DNA of 64,000 nt from Candidatus Methylomirabilia bacterium (GTDB lineage: Bacteria; Methylomirabilota; Methylomirabilia; Rokubacteriales; CSP1-6), in the NCBI GenBank assembly GCA_041492755.1, contig JBGPXN010000003.1:1-64000 (forward strand). The letters run 5' to 3'. Positions 19,074 to 32,517 of this stretch are shown one piece after another. Below the pieces are notes generated by a model. It made no database searches and was not told the DNA's origin. It saw only the letters and a list, made by a program, of their open reading frames with translations. Position numbers and translations under genes: made by a program. The first letter of the stretch is position 1. Every line of letters starts with the position of its first letter.

Positions 19074-20583
19074 GTTCTCGCGCGCGGCCTGGCTGCGGCA
19101 CGGCGTCCCCGCCCTCGTCGCCGGGATCGCGCTGGCCGCGGCGTTTCCGCGCTACGAGTGGGAAGGTGTCGCGTGGGTGGCCCTGGCGCCCGTGCTGCTC
19201 ACGGCGCTCTCCACCACGCCGCGGGCCGCGCTCGGCTGGGGCTGGCTCGCCGGGTTCGTGTTCTTCTCGGCGCTGCTCAAGTGGCTCAACACCACCTTTC
19301 AGGTCTACAGCGCGATCCCGTGGCCCATCGTCTACGGCCCGATCGCGCTGCTCGCGGCGTACTGCGGCCTGTACGTCGGCCTCGTGGCCGCCGCGGTGGC
19401 ATGGATCCGGGTGCGGCGCTCGCCGGCGGAGGGGCTACTGGCGGCGCCGTTCCTGTGGGTGGCGGGAGAGTGGCTTCGTGGCCATCTGATGTACGGCTTT
19501 CCGTGGGGCAACCTGGGCTACTCGCAGTACCGGCAGCTGGCGATCATCCAGATCGCCGAGCTGGGCGGCGTCGACGCGGTGTCGTTTCTGCTCGTCGCCG
19601 TGAACGCGGCCCTGGCGGGGTGTTTCGTCCTGCCGCGGCGCAAAAAGGTGATAGGCGTGCTGCTCGCAGCGATCCTCTTCGGCGGCTCGCTCGGCTTCGG
19701 TGTCCGCCGGCTGGCGGTGCCGCCGCCGCCGCCCACGGCGACGGTGGCCATCGTCCAGCCTTCGATCACCCAGGTCCGCAAGTGGGACGAGTCATACGCC
19801 GCGGAGGTCCTCGGAACGTTCTTTGCCTTGACGCGGCAGGCGGGCGCGCAGCGTCCGGCGCTCATCGTCTGGCCCGAGACGGCGACGCCGACCATGGTAC
19901 GGCGCGATCGGGCGCTCCTGGCCGCGCTCACCCGGCTGTCGGGGGAGCTCGAGGCGGGCCTGCTCGTGGGTTCCATCGACGCCGGCGACGGCCCGGTGCC
20001 GGCCTTCCGCAACACGGCCTTCCTCGTCACTGGGCGGGGCATCCAGCAGCGCTATGATAAAATTCAACTCGTTCCGTTCGGAGAGTTCATCCCGCTGTCA
20101 GGAGTGCTCGGTTTCGTGAGGGGCTGGGCCGATTTCATCGCCGATCTGGAGCCCGGCGCCCGCGCCGAAGTGTTTACGGGCCCGCCAGCCCCGTTCGGTG
20201 TCATGATCTGTTACGAGGGTGTTTTTCCCGATCTCGTGCGCCGCTTCGTGCAGAACGGTGCGCGGTTCATGGTGAACATGACGAACGACGGCTGGTTCGG
20301 CAGGACGAGTGGCCCACTCCAGCATCTCTCGATGTATCCGTTCCGCGCGGTGGAGCATCGCACGGCGATCGTGCGGGCGGCGAACACCGGCATCTCCGCC
20401 TTCATCAGCCCCACCGGCGACATCGTGAGTCGGCTCGGTCTTTACGAGCGCGGCGTCCTCACGGGCCGCGTGCCGCTCCGCGAGGGACAGACGCTCTATA
20501 CGCGCCTGGGCGCGTGGCTCGCCTACCTGAGTCTGGCCGTGGCGGGGCTGATGCTGGCCCACGCGGCCGCGCGAGGTCGCTGA
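19048..20583 (+). CDS. lnt: Apolipoprotein N-acyltransferase
   Basis: GFPWGNLGYSQ, WPET, KIQLVPFGE, ICYE, TNDGWFG, RAANTGIS. Confidence 0.95.
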   Translation: MIASASEPEFSRAAWLRHGVPALVAGIALAAAFPRYEWEGVAWVALAPVLLTALSTTPRAALGWGWLAGFVFFSALLKWLNTTFQVYSAIPWPIVYGPIALLAAYCGLYVGLVAAAVAWIRVRRSPAEGLLAAPFLWVAGEWLRGHLMYGFPWGNLGYSQYRQLAIIQIAELGGVDAVSFLLVAVNAALAGCFVLPRRKKVIGVLLAAILFGGSLGFGVRRLAVPPPPPTATVAIVQPSITQVRKWDESYAAEVLGTFFALTRQAGAQRPALIVWPETATPTMVRRDRALLAALTRLSGELEAGLLVGSIDAGDGPVPAFRNTAFLVTGRGIQQRYDKIQLVPFGEFIPLSGVLGFVRGWADFIADLEPGARAEVFTGPPAPFGVMICYEGVFPDLVRRFVQNGARFMVNMTNDGWFGRTSGPLQHLSMYPFRAVEHRTAIVRAANTGISAFISPTGDIVSRLGLYERGVLTGRVPLREGQTLYTRLGAWLAYLSLAVAGLMLAHAAARGR

Positions 20584-21683
20584 TGCTGAGCGACCTCAAG
20601 CGCGACGCGGCTGAATGCGCGCGGCGGGTGGACGAGCTCCGGAGGCATCTTTGACATCCCCACCAAAGAGCAGCGACTCGCCGCCATCGACGCCGAGATG
20701 GCGGTTCCGAACTTCTGGGACGACACGCGCCGCGCCCAGGAGTTGACCCGCGAACGCACCGAGCTGAGCCGCACCATCGCTCGCGTGCAGGAGCTCGCCA
20801 GTCGCTCCGAGGACATCGGGGTCCTGCTCGAGCTGGCCGCCGAGGAAGACGACGGAAGTCTCGACGCCGAGATCAGCGACAACATCGCCAACCTCCGGAA
20901 GGAGCTCGAAGAGTTCGAGCTCAAGGTCATGCTGTCCGGGCCGCACGACGCCAAGCCGTGCGTCGTCTCGATCCATCCCGGCGCTGGCGGCACCGAGTCG
21001 CAGGACTGGGCGCAGATGCTGATGCGCATGTACCTTCGCTGGTGTGAACGCCGGGGCTTCCACGCTGAAGTCGTCGACCTGCTGCCGGGCGAAGAGGCGG
21101 GGATCAAGTCCGCGACGGTCGAGGTCTCGGGTGAGTACGCGTACGGCTTCCTGCGCGGTGAGACCGGCGTGCACCGGCTCGTCCGGATCTCGCCGTTCGA
21201 CGCGTCCCGCCGCCGGCAGACGAGCTTCGCGTCGGTGGCGGTGGTGCCGGAGGTGGACGACGTCGAAGTGGTCGTCAAGGACGACGACCTTCGCGTCGAC
21301 GTGTTCCGCTCCTCCGGGCCCGGCGGGCAGGGCGTCAACACCGCGGACTCCGCGGTACGGATCACGCACCTGCCCACCAACATCGTCGTGCAGTGTCAGA
21401 ACGAGCGCTCGCAGCTCCGCAACCGCGACACCGCGATGCGCATCCTCAAGGCGCGGCTCTACGAGATCGCCCAGAGGAAGCAGCGCGAGGAGCTGGCCGA
21501 GCTGACCGGACACAAGAAGGAGATCGCGTTCGGCAGCCAGATCCGCTCCTACACGTTCCATCCGTATCAGCTCGTGAAGGACCACCGGACGAGCACCGAA
21601 GTCGGCAACGTCGAGGGCGTGATGGAGGGTGATCTCGACGGGCTCATCAAAGCCTACCTTCTCTGGGCGCAGGGTAAGGAGCA

Positions 21684-21687
<4 letters not shown>
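20583..21687 (+). CDS. prfB: Peptide chain release factor 2 (programmed +1 frameshift at codon 23/24)
   Basis: ATG 20583 reads [23 protein letters not shown] then CTT TGA C (20649-20655), with GGAGG 3 nt upstream; the +1 frame continues to the SPF and GGQ motifs. Confidence 0.97.
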
Positions 21688-23221
<1,534 letters not shown>

Positions 23222-23225
<4 letters not shown>

Positions 23226-24446
23226 GCCGCGGCCTGCCGTTCGAGCTGTTCCTCGGCTTGCGCTACCTGCGCTCGCGTGGGCAGGGCACCAACCTCTCGC
23301 TCTTCGTGTGGATTGGCGTCGGTGGAGTCTTCCTGGGCGTGGCCGCGCTGATCGTGGTGCTGGCGGTGATGACGGGCTTTCAAGACGGCATCCGCGACAG
23401 GATCATCTCCGCCAACCCGCACCTGTTGGTGTTCCAGGCGGGCGGGGGCTTGGTCGATCCGAACGCGGTGGCCGAACAGGTCCGCGCGGTCCCCGGCGTG
23501 CGCGCGGCGACCCCGTTCGTGCTCCAGCAGGCGCTCTTCACCAGCGAAGTCGGCGGCGCCCACGGCGGACTCGTGCGGGGCGTGGCGCTCGACAACCCGG
23601 CGGTGGTGGAGGATTTGCGACGCCAGATCCGCACGGGAAGCCTCGAAGCGCTGGCCAGTGGCGAGCCCACCGTGCTCCTCGGGTGGGAGCTGGCGCGAAC
23701 ACTCGGCGTGCTGCCCGGCGACTTCGTCACGCTCGTCTCGCCGCGGGGCGCGCTCACCGCGGTGGGCATGGTCCCCAAGATGCGCCGCTACATGGTGGCG
23801 GGCACGGTCGAGGTCGGCATGCACGAGTACGATTCGTCCATCGCTTACCTCAACCTGCCCGCCGCCAGCGAGTTCGCCGACATCCCGGCCGGGGTCACCG
23901 GCCTGGAGGTGAAGCTCGCCGATCCGTTCGACGCCAAGCGCATCGGCGGCACCATCGCCCGCCGTCTCGGCCCCCCGTACTGGGTCCGCGACTGGATGGA
24001 CATGAACCGGAATCTCTTCGCCGCGCTCCAGCTCGAGAAGCTGGCGCTGTTCGTGATCGTGACCATCATCGTGCTGGTCGCGGCCTTCGCCATCATCGGC
24101 CACCTCGTGCTGCTCGTGGCCGAGAAGCGGAAGGAGATCGGGATTCTGAAGGCGATCGGCGCCTCCGGGGCCAGCATCACCACCGTGTTCTTCTGCGTCG
24201 GGATGATCATCGGCGGCGTCGGGACGATCGCCGGGTCCGTGGTCGGCCTCTCGCTGATCTGGGTGCAGAACACGTACCGGATCATTCGTCTCGCCGGCGA
24301 CGTGTACCAGATCGACTACCTGCCGATGAAGCTGGCGCCGACCGACTTCCTGCTCGTCATCGGGTCCACCCTGCTCCTCTCGTTCCTCGCCACGATCTTC
24401 CCGGCGCGCCGGGCGGGCTCGCTGGTGCCGGTCGACGTGCTCCGCT

Positions 24447-24454
<8 letters not shown>
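23222..24454 (+). CDS. lolC: Lipoprotein-releasing ABC transporter permease (LolC/E family)
   Basis: [40 protein letters not shown]-terminal P.DVLRYE. Confidence 0.9.
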
Positions 24455-25145
<691 letters not shown>

Positions 25146-25225
25146 GTGACCGGACGGCAGCTTGGTGTTTGGACTGTAATATCCGTCGGTTAGGAAAAAG
25201 GCTAGGCGCGGTAGGACCGCTGGTC

Positions 25226-25231
25226 TATACT
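25226..25231 (+). promoter_or_regulatory. Candidate -10 element TATACT upstream of clpC
   Basis: TATACT in an AT-enriched intergenic region, about 70 nt before GTG 25304; SD GGAG present. Confidence 0.45.
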
Positions 25232-25303
25232 CAACTCGACTAACTAGCCGTCGGCGAAGGAAAAACGGCAGCCTGAAGCACAGGAAAGGGGTGGGGGAGA
25301 CTC

Positions 25304-27760
25304 GTGTTTGAACGGTTCACCGAGCGCGCGCGAAGGGTCATCATTCTGGCGCGGGAAGAGGCGGGACGGTTCCGCCACGACTTCGTAGGCACGGAGCACG
25401 TCCTCCTCGGCTTGATCCGCGACGGAGAGGGGATCGCCACCGCGGTGCTGCAGCGCTTGGGACTGCGGCTGGAGACGGTCAAAGCCGAAGTAGAGCGGGC
25501 GCTGGCCGGGTTCCCCAAGACGCTGACATTCGGTGAAGTTCCGTTCACCCCGCAAGCCAAGCGGGTGCTCGAATTGAGCATCGAAGAAGCGCGGCAGCTT
25601 GGCCACAACTACATCGGTACCGAGCATCTACTCCTCGGCCTCATGAAGGAAGGGCAGTCCATCGCCGCCAAGATCCTCGAATCTCTGGGCGCCCGTCTCG
25701 ACGAAGTACGGCAGGAGACCCTCTCGTTGCTCGGCGACCAGTACTACCCGCGGCCAAAGAAGCGCTCGCAGACCCCCGTGTTGGACGAGTTCGCTCGCGA
25801 CCTCACCCAACTCGCGCGTGAGAACAAGCTCGATCCGGTGATTGGCCGGGAGCAAGAGATCGAGCGGGTCATCCAGATCCTGGCCCGCCGCACCAAGAAC
25901 AACCCCGTCTTGATCGGCGAGCCCGGGGTCGGCAAGACTGCCATCGTCGAAGGGCTGGCCCAGAAGATCGTCAGCCAGGATGTCCCTGACGTTCTCGTCA
26001 ACAAGCGCCTCCTCCAGCTCGACCTGGGCGCCCTCGTGGCCGGGACCAAGTACCGCGGCCAGTTCGAGGAGCGTCTCAAGGCGGTCATGAAGGAGATCAA
26101 GCAGTCGGAGAACGTCGTCCTCTTCCTGGACGAGCTGCACACGCTGATCGGCGCCGGCGCCGCCGAAGGCGCCATCGACGCCTCCAACATGTTGAAGCCG
26201 GCCCTGTCCCGCGGCGAGATCCAGACGATCGGCGCCACCACGCTGGACGAGTACCGCAAGTACATCGAAAAGGACGGCGCCCTGGAGCGCCGGTTCCAGC
26301 CCGTGATCGTGAAGGCGCCGAGCGTGCCGGAGGCGATCGAGATCATCAAAGGGCTGCGGCACAAGTACGAGGCGCATCACCGGGTCAAGATCACCGAGCA
26401 AGCCATTATCGCCGCGGTGAATCTGGCGGATCGATACATCACCGATCGACAGCTTCCCGACAAGGCGATCGACGTCATCGACGAGGCATCGTCGAGAACC
26501 CGTCTCATGGCGCTCATGCCCCCGCCGGAGATCAAGGAGCTGGATCGGGAGCTGGAGCGGGTCATCCGCGAGAAGGACATGTACCTGGAGGCCCAGGAAT
26601 TCGAGAAGGCCGCCTCCCTGCGCGAGAAGGAGAAGATCCTCCGTCACCGCGAGGAGGAGATGAAGCGCGAGTGGGACAAGAACAAGGGCAAGGGTGTGCA
26701 GTCGGTGGGCGAGGAGGACATCGAGTTCATCGTCTCCCGCTGGACCGGCATCCCGCTGTCGAAGCTCGAAGAGAAGGAGTCCGAGAAACTCGCTCGCATG
26801 GAGGAGGCGCTGCACGGTCGCATCATCGGCCAGGACGATGCCGTGACCGCGGTGTCACGCGCCATCCGCCGTTCGCGCGCCGGCCTCAAGGACGCCAAGC
26901 GGCCGGTGGGCTCGTTCATCTTCCTCGGTCCCACCGGCGTCGGTAAGACGGAGTTGGCGCGGGCGCTCGCCGAGTACCTCTTCGGTGACGAGAACGCGCT
27001 GATCCGGGTGGACATGTCGGAGTACATGGAGAAGTTCTCGGTGTCACGCCTGCTCGGAGCGCCTCCGGGCTACGTCGGTTACGAAGAGGGTGGGTTCCTG
27101 ACCGAGAAGGTCCGCCGGCGTCCATACTCGGTGGTGCTCTTCGACGAGATCGAGAAGGCACACCCCGACGTGTTCAACGTGCTGCTGCAAGTGCTCGACG
27201 ACGGCCGCCTGACCGACTCGCTCGGCCACGTCGTGGACTTCAAGAACACGATCCTGATCATGACCTCGAACCTCGGGACGAGCCTCATCGGCAAGACGTA
27301 CACGCCGGGCTTCGATCCCACCGGACGGAACTCCAGCGAGATCTCGTACGAGAAGATGAAGGAACGGGTCATGGAGGAGCTCAAGCGCTCCTTCCGGCCC
27401 GAGTTCATCAACCGTATCGACGACTCCATCGTGTTCCATCCGCTGTCGCGCGAGCACATCCACGCGATCATCCGGTTGATGATCATGCGTATCAACAAGC
27501 AGCTCGCGGAAAAGAGCATCGAGTTGGTCCTGACCCCCGCCGCCCAGGACGCGCTGGTCGCCAAGGGTTACGACCAGACGTATGGCGCCCGCCAGCTGCG
27601 GCGGACGATCCAGAAACACATCGAAGACCCGCTGGCCGAGGCGATCGTGCGCGGCCAGATCCCGGAGAGCCCGCGTCTCGAGGTGGACTTCGACGGGGAA
27701 GCCTTCAGGTTCCGCGACGCGCACGCGGCTGAGCCGCCGCTCGAGCTTGCGGAGCACTAG
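25304..27760 (+). CDS. clpC: ATP-dependent Clp protease ATPase ClpC
   Basis: [12 protein letters not shown], two Clp-N repeats, GEPGVGKT and [11 protein letters not shown]-like middle domain (EFEKAASLR), PGF loop. Confidence 0.95.
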   Translation: MFERFTERARRVIILAREEAGRFRHDFVGTEHVLLGLIRDGEGIATAVLQRLGLRLETVKAEVERALAGFPKTLTFGEVPFTPQAKRVLELSIEEARQLGHNYIGTEHLLLGLMKEGQSIAAKILESLGARLDEVRQETLSLLGDQYYPRPKKRSQTPVLDEFARDLTQLARENKLDPVIGREQEIERVIQILARRTKNNPVLIGEPGVGKTAIVEGLAQKIVSQDVPDVLVNKRLLQLDLGALVAGTKYRGQFEERLKAVMKEIKQSENVVLFLDELHTLIGAGAAEGAIDASNMLKPALSRGEIQTIGATTLDEYRKYIEKDGALERRFQPVIVKAPSVPEAIEIIKGLRHKYEAHHRVKITEQAIIAAVNLADRYITDRQLPDKAIDVIDEASSRTRLMALMPPPEIKELDRELERVIREKDMYLEAQEFEKAASLREKEKILRHREEEMKREWDKNKGKGVQSVGEEDIEFIVSRWTGIPLSKLEEKESEKLARMEEALHGRIIGQDDAVTAVSRAIRRSRAGLKDAKRPVGSFIFLGPTGVGKTELARALAEYLFGDENALIRVDMSEYMEKFSVSRLLGAPPGYVGYEEGGFLTEKVRRRPYSVVLFDEIEKAHPDVFNVLLQVLDDGRLTDSLGHVVDFKNTILIMTSNLGTSLIGKTYTPGFDPTGRNSSEISYEKMKERVMEELKRSFRPEFINRIDDSIVFHPLSREHIHAIIRLMIMRINKQLAEKSIELVLTPAAQDALVAKGYDQTYGARQLRRTIQKHIEDPLAEAIVRGQIPESPRLEVDFDGEAFRFRDAHAAEPPLELAEH

Positions 27761-27789
27761 GCACCTGTCCGCGCGAGTCTGAGCGACTG

Positions 27790-30051
27790 GTGACGCTCGC
27801 GGGGAGAGCGCTTCTCTCCGTTCTCTGTGCGCTCGTCGTCGTGCTCGGCCGCCTCGGTGGCGCCGACGGGCAGCCCCCATCTCCCCGGCCGATCACCATC
27901 CGGGAGTTGACCGTCGAGGGCAACCGCCGGGTCCAGGAGGGGGTCATCCTCGGCCGCGTGCAGAGCAAAGTCGGCGGCCAGTTCAATCCCGGCCAGCTCA
28001 GCGACGATCTGCGCTCGATCTTCGGTCTCGGCTTCTTCGACGATGTCCAGATGCGGGTGGAGGACTTCGAAGGGGGCGTGCGCGTCACCTTCGTGGTGAC
28101 GGAGCGCCCGTTCATCCGCGACATCGATTTCATCGGCAACAAGAAGATCGCCACCAGCGAGCTCCAGGAAAAAATCGAGCTCAAGCTCGGCAGCGTATAC
28201 AACCCGGTGGACGTCCAGAAGGCCCGTGAGAAGCTGAAAGAGCACTACGAGTCGGAAGGCTACTTCGAGGTGCAGATCACTCCCGAGGTCGAGCGGTTCG
28301 CCGACGGCGACGTCAAGCTGGTGTTCAGCATCAACGAGGGCCGCAAGATCACCATCGACCGCATCGTCATCCGCGGCAACCAGGGCCTCAGCGACAAGAA
28401 GATCAAGGACGCCATGGTCACGCAAGAGCGGGAGTTCTTCATCCTGCGCGGGACCGTGCAGCGCCAGAAGCTCGACGAGGACGTCGAGCGCATCCTCTCT
28501 TTCTACAACGACAACGGCTACATCCAGGCCCGCGTGGAGATCCAGGACCCCGTCATCGACCGCGAACGGGCGCGGGTGACGATCGTCGTGAACGCGGTGG
28601 AGGGGCCGCAGTACAAGGTGGACGATGTCCGGCTCACCGGCGTCACCCTGCTGCCCGAGAGCGAAGTGCGCCGGCAGCTTAAGCTCAAGCCGGGCGACGT
28701 CTTCTCCCGCTCGAAGCTGCGCGATACCGCCCGCTCCATCTCCGACCTCTACAGTACGATCGGCCGCGCGTCGGTGGACGTGAACCCCAAGACCGAGCAG
28801 AACGCCGCCGCCTCTACCGTGTCGATCGTGCTCGAGATCACGGAAGGCCCCGAAGTCTATGTCGAGCGGATCAACGTCACCGGTAACCTCCGGACGCAGG
28901 ACAAGGTGCTGCGCCGCGAGATCCCGATGGTGGAGGGCGACCTCTTCACGTTGCAGAAGATGCAGCGCGCCCGCCAGCGCCTCATCAACCTTGGCTACTT
29001 CGAGTCGGTGAACGTCGCGACGCAGCCCGGCACCGACAAGACGAAGATCGTCGTCAACGTCGAAGTGACCGAGCGGCCGACCGGCATCTTCAGCATCGGC
29101 GGCGGCTTCTCCTCGGTGGACAATCTGGTCGGCACCATCGACCTCGTGCAGCGCAACTTCCTCGGTCGCGGCCTGGAGGCCTCCATCCGCATCCGGGCCG
29201 GCGCCACCAGTCAGCAGGGCATCATCAGCTTCACCCAGCCCTGGCTCTTCGACCGTCCGCTGTCCGCGGGATTCGACGTGTTCAACATCAAGCGGCAATT
29301 CCCGGAGTACGACTTCGATTCCCTGGGCGGCTCCCTCCGCCTCAGCCATCCCTTCATGGAGTACTGGCGATGGCACACCTCGTACCGCCTGACCCGCGAT
29401 AAGATCTCGAACGTGACGGATGCCAGCGTGACCGCCCTGAGCAACGAAGTCGGGACGCGGGTGACGTCGGCGGTTTCCGGCGCCATCACCCGCGACAGCC
29501 GGGACAACGTCATCGCGCCGACCCGCGGGGGACAGACGTCGTTCAACGTCGACTTCGCCGGTCTGGGTGGCGACTCCAGGTTCGTGAAGACGATCGCTTC
29601 CACCACTTATTTTCAGCCGATCTGGCTCGGCCACGTCCTGTCCGGACGCCTGGAAGCCGGCTATGGCTTCGGGTGGGCGGACGAGCCGCTGCCGCTCTTC
29701 GAGCGCTTCTACCTGGGCGGTCCGAACAGCATCCGTGGCGTGAAGTTCCGACGCATTTCTCCGATGGACGACACCGGGCTGCGTATCGGGGGCACCACCG
29801 AGGTCCTCGGCAACGTCGAGTACATCATTCCGCTGCCGTTCAACCTCCGGGCCGCCGGCTTCTTCGACATCGGCAACGTGTACGGATTCAACACCAAGTT
29901 CGACCTCACCGATCTCCGGGAAGCTGCCGGTGTCGGTTTCCGGTGGGTCTCGCCGTTCGGTCCCATTCGCGTGGACTACGGCGTCAACCTCGATCGCCGC
30001 CGGGGCGAGGACTTCGGGGCGTTTCACTTCTCGGTCGGGTCGCCGTTCTAG
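27790..30051 (+). CDS. bamA: Outer membrane protein assembly factor BamA
   Basis: POTRA repeats, FYLGGPNSIRG, WVSPFGPI, terminal FHFSVGSPF. Confidence 0.96.
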   Translation: MTLAGRALLSVLCALVVVLGRLGGADGQPPSPRPITIRELTVEGNRRVQEGVILGRVQSKVGGQFNPGQLSDDLRSIFGLGFFDDVQMRVEDFEGGVRVTFVVTERPFIRDIDFIGNKKIATSELQEKIELKLGSVYNPVDVQKAREKLKEHYESEGYFEVQITPEVERFADGDVKLVFSINEGRKITIDRIVIRGNQGLSDKKIKDAMVTQEREFFILRGTVQRQKLDEDVERILSFYNDNGYIQARVEIQDPVIDRERARVTIVVNAVEGPQYKVDDVRLTGVTLLPESEVRRQLKLKPGDVFSRSKLRDTARSISDLYSTIGRASVDVNPKTEQNAAASTVSIVLEITEGPEVYVERINVTGNLRTQDKVLRREIPMVEGDLFTLQKMQRARQRLINLGYFESVNVATQPGTDKTKIVVNVEVTERPTGIFSIGGGFSSVDNLVGTIDLVQRNFLGRGLEASIRIRAGATSQQGIISFTQPWLFDRPLSAGFDVFNIKRQFPEYDFDSLGGSLRLSHPFMEYWRWHTSYRLTRDKISNVTDASVTALSNEVGTRVTSAVSGAITRDSRDNVIAPTRGGQTSFNVDFAGLGGDSRFVKTIASTTYFQPIWLGHVLSGRLEAGYGFGWADEPLPLFERFYLGGPNSIRGVKFRRISPMDDTGLRIGGTTEVLGNVEYIIPLPFNLRAAGFFDIGNVYGFNTKFDLTDLREAAGVGFRWVSPFGPIRVDYGVNLDRRRGEDFGAFHFSVGSPF

Positions 30052-30061
30052 GAGGGAAGGC

Positions 30062-30622
30062 ATGAAGAACGCAGGCTGCGTGCTCGCGATCCTCGGGGCC
30101 CTGCTCCTGGCCGGATCGAGCGCGCGGGCCCAGACGCCCGCGCCGAGCGCTGCCCAGAACGGCCGCATCGGCTTCATCGATCTCAGCCGCGTCCTCGCAC
30201 GCTCGGCGGCCGGCGTGGCCGCGCGCGAACAGCTCGAGCGCGAGAAGGGCAATATGCAGCGGGAGATGGACGCCAAGCGGGTGGAGCTCGACAAGCTCCG
30301 CGAAGAGCTGGAGAAGAAGGGCCCGCTGATGACGGGCGATTCGCGGCGGGACAAGGAAGAGCAGCTCGAGCGCAAGCGGCGTGATGCGACCCGGCTCGCG
30401 GACGACTATCAGCGCGAGCTGGCCCGCAAGGAGCAGCAGCTCGCCCAGAAAGTGCTCCACGACATCTCGGGGGTGGTGGAGAAGGTCGGCAAGCAGCGCG
30501 GGTTCTATCTCATCGTGGAGCGCCGCGGCGCCGGCGTGCTGTTCAGCTCCCCCGAGGCCGATCTGACCGACGAGATCATTCGGGCCTACGACCAGGAAAG
30601 CTCCGGCAAAGGAAAGAAGTAG
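30062..30622 (+). CDS. skp: Skp/OmpH periplasmic chaperone
   Basis: Signal peptide, [10 protein letters not shown], helical body, DLTDEII; lies between bamA and lpxD. Confidence 0.9.
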   Translation: MKNAGCVLAILGALLLAGSSARAQTPAPSAAQNGRIGFIDLSRVLARSAAGVAAREQLEREKGNMQREMDAKRVELDKLREELEKKGPLMTGDSRRDKEEQLERKRRDATRLADDYQRELARKEQQLAQKVLHDISGVVEKVGKQRGFYLIVERRGAGVLFSSPEADLTDEIIRAYDQESSGKGKK

Positions 30623-30626
30623 CGGC

Positions 30627-31691
30627 ATGACGGGTCGCGTTCCGATCCGCCTCGGCAAGCTCGCCGAGGCGCTGGGCGCGGTGCTGGAGGGGGATCCCGA
30701 GCGCACCGTGTCGGGCGTGGCGCCGCTTCAGACCGCGGGCCCGGACGACGTCGCCTTCGTGAGCGACGTTCGTCAGCTGGAGGCTGCCCGCGTGTCGAGG
30801 GCCGGCGCGTTCCTCACGCCATCCGACGCCACCGGCCTGCCGGGCGCCGTGCTCCGGTGCGTCGCTCCGCGACTGACGCTCATCGACCTGCTCGGGCTGT
30901 TCCATCCGTCCGACGCCTTCGTGCCGGGAATCGATCCGTCGGCGGTGGTTTCACCCGAGGCCCTCGTCGATCCCACCGCGGCGGTGGGGGCCCTGGCCGT
31001 CGTCGGGGCCGGCGCCGTGATCGGCCCGCGGGTTCTGTTGCATCCGCTCGTCTACGTCGGGCCCGGCGCGCAGATCGGCGAGGAGTGCGTGTTGTATCCG
31101 CACGTCACCGTGCGCGATGGCGTGCGGCTCGGTCGTCGCGTCATCGTTCATCCGGGGGCGGTGCTGGGCGCGGACGGGTTCGGGTACCAGTTCGACGGCG
31201 CCGTGCATCGGAAGGTGCCGCAGGTGGGGGGCGTGATCGTCGAGGACGACGTCGAGATCGGCGCGAACACCACCATCGACCGCTCGACGCTGGGCGACAC
31301 TATCGTCCACCGCGGGACGAAGATCGACAACCTCGTCATGATTGCCCACAACGTCGAGATCGGCGAGGACGCGATCCTCGCCGCGCAAGTCGGCATCGCG
31401 GGCTCCTGCCACATCGGCCGTGGCGTCGTGCTCACCGGTCAGGTCGGCGTGGCCGATCACGTGACCATCGGGGCCGGCGCCATCGCGCTCGCCCAGACCG
31501 GGATCGCCTTCGACGTGCCGGCCGGAGAGAAGGTCATGGGCTATCCGGCGCGGCCGACCAACCTCGGCTGGCGGATCGTCGTCGCCGAAAAGCAGCTGCC
31601 CGATCTCGTTCGGCGCGTGCGCCGGCTCGAGCGCCGGATCGAAGAGCTGGAGTCCCGCCTCGGCGACACGGGGACGGCACCGCGTGGGTGA
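30627..31691 (+). CDS. lpxD: UDP-3-O-acylglucosamine N-acyltransferase LpxD
   Basis: Hexapeptide repeats, [35 protein letters not shown]. Confidence 0.96.
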   Translation: MTGRVPIRLGKLAEALGAVLEGDPERTVSGVAPLQTAGPDDVAFVSDVRQLEAARVSRAGAFLTPSDATGLPGAVLRCVAPRLTLIDLLGLFHPSDAFVPGIDPSAVVSPEALVDPTAAVGALAVVGAGAVIGPRVLLHPLVYVGPGAQIGEECVLYPHVTVRDGVRLGRRVIVHPGAVLGADGFGYQFDGAVHRKVPQVGGVIVEDDVEIGANTTIDRSTLGDTIVHRGTKIDNLVMIAHNVEIGEDAILAAQVGIAGSCHIGRGVVLTGQVGVADHVTIGAGAIALAQTGIAFDVPAGEKVMGYPARPTNLGWRIVVAEKQLPDLVRRVRRLERRIEELESRLGDTGTAPRG

Positions 31692-32517
31692 CGGGATCCA
31701 TCCCAGCGCCGTCATCGATCCGCGGGCCGAGATCGGCGACGGCGTCGTGGTCGGCCCCTACTCGGTGGTGGGCCCGGAGGTGCGCCTGGAGGCCGGCGTC
31801 GAGCTCGGCAACCACATCACGCTCGAAGGGCGGGTCGTCGTCGGGCCGCAGGCGCGCATCGGGCACGGCAGCGTGCTGGGCGGACCGCCCCAGGACTTGA
31901 AGTACAAGATAGGGACAGCGTCCGGACTCCGCATCGGCGCCCGCACCGTGATCCGCGAGCACGTCACGATCCACCGCGCGACCCACGCCGATGGCTGGAC
32001 GGAGATCGGCGCCGACTGCCTGATCATGTCCACCAGCCACATCGCCCACGATTGCCGCGTCGGCGACGGCGCCATCATCATCAACTACGTCGGCATCACC
32101 GGCCACTGTGAGATCGGCGAGCGCGCGACGATCGGCGGCTTCACCGGCGTCATTCCGTTCTGCCGCGTGGGCGCGTATGCCTACGTCGGCGGCTACTCGA
32201 AGATCACGCAGGACGTGCCGCCCTACATGCTCGCCGACGGCTCCCCGGCGCTCGCGCACGGCGTCAACGTCATCGGTCTGCGGCGCGCGGGGATGCCGCC
32301 CGCCGATCGCCGGTTGCTCCAGGACGCCTACCGCATTCTCTACCGCGGTGGCCTCAGCCCGCGCGGCGCGATCGAGCGCATCCGGGCCGACATGCCGGGG
32401 GCGCCGGTGCTGGCGGCGCTGCTCGCGTTCATCGAGACCTCACGCCGGGGGATCTGCGGTTCGGCCGGCGACGTCGAAGGTGAGACGTCGCAATTCGACC
32501 ACGAGCAGGTGACGTGA
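31684..32517 (+). CDS. lpxA: UDP-N-acetylglucosamine acyltransferase LpxA
   Basis: [46 protein letters not shown]. Confidence 0.95.
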   Translation: MGDGIHPSAVIDPRAEIGDGVVVGPYSVVGPEVRLEAGVELGNHITLEGRVVVGPQARIGHGSVLGGPPQDLKYKIGTASGLRIGARTVIREHVTIHRATHADGWTEIGADCLIMSTSHIAHDCRVGDGAIIINYVGITGHCEIGERATIGGFTGVIPFCRVGAYAYVGGYSKITQDVPPYMLADGSPALAHGVNVIGLRRAGMPPADRRLLQDAYRILYRGGLSPRGAIERIRADMPGAPVLAALLAFIETSRRGICGSAGDVEGETSQFDHEQVT

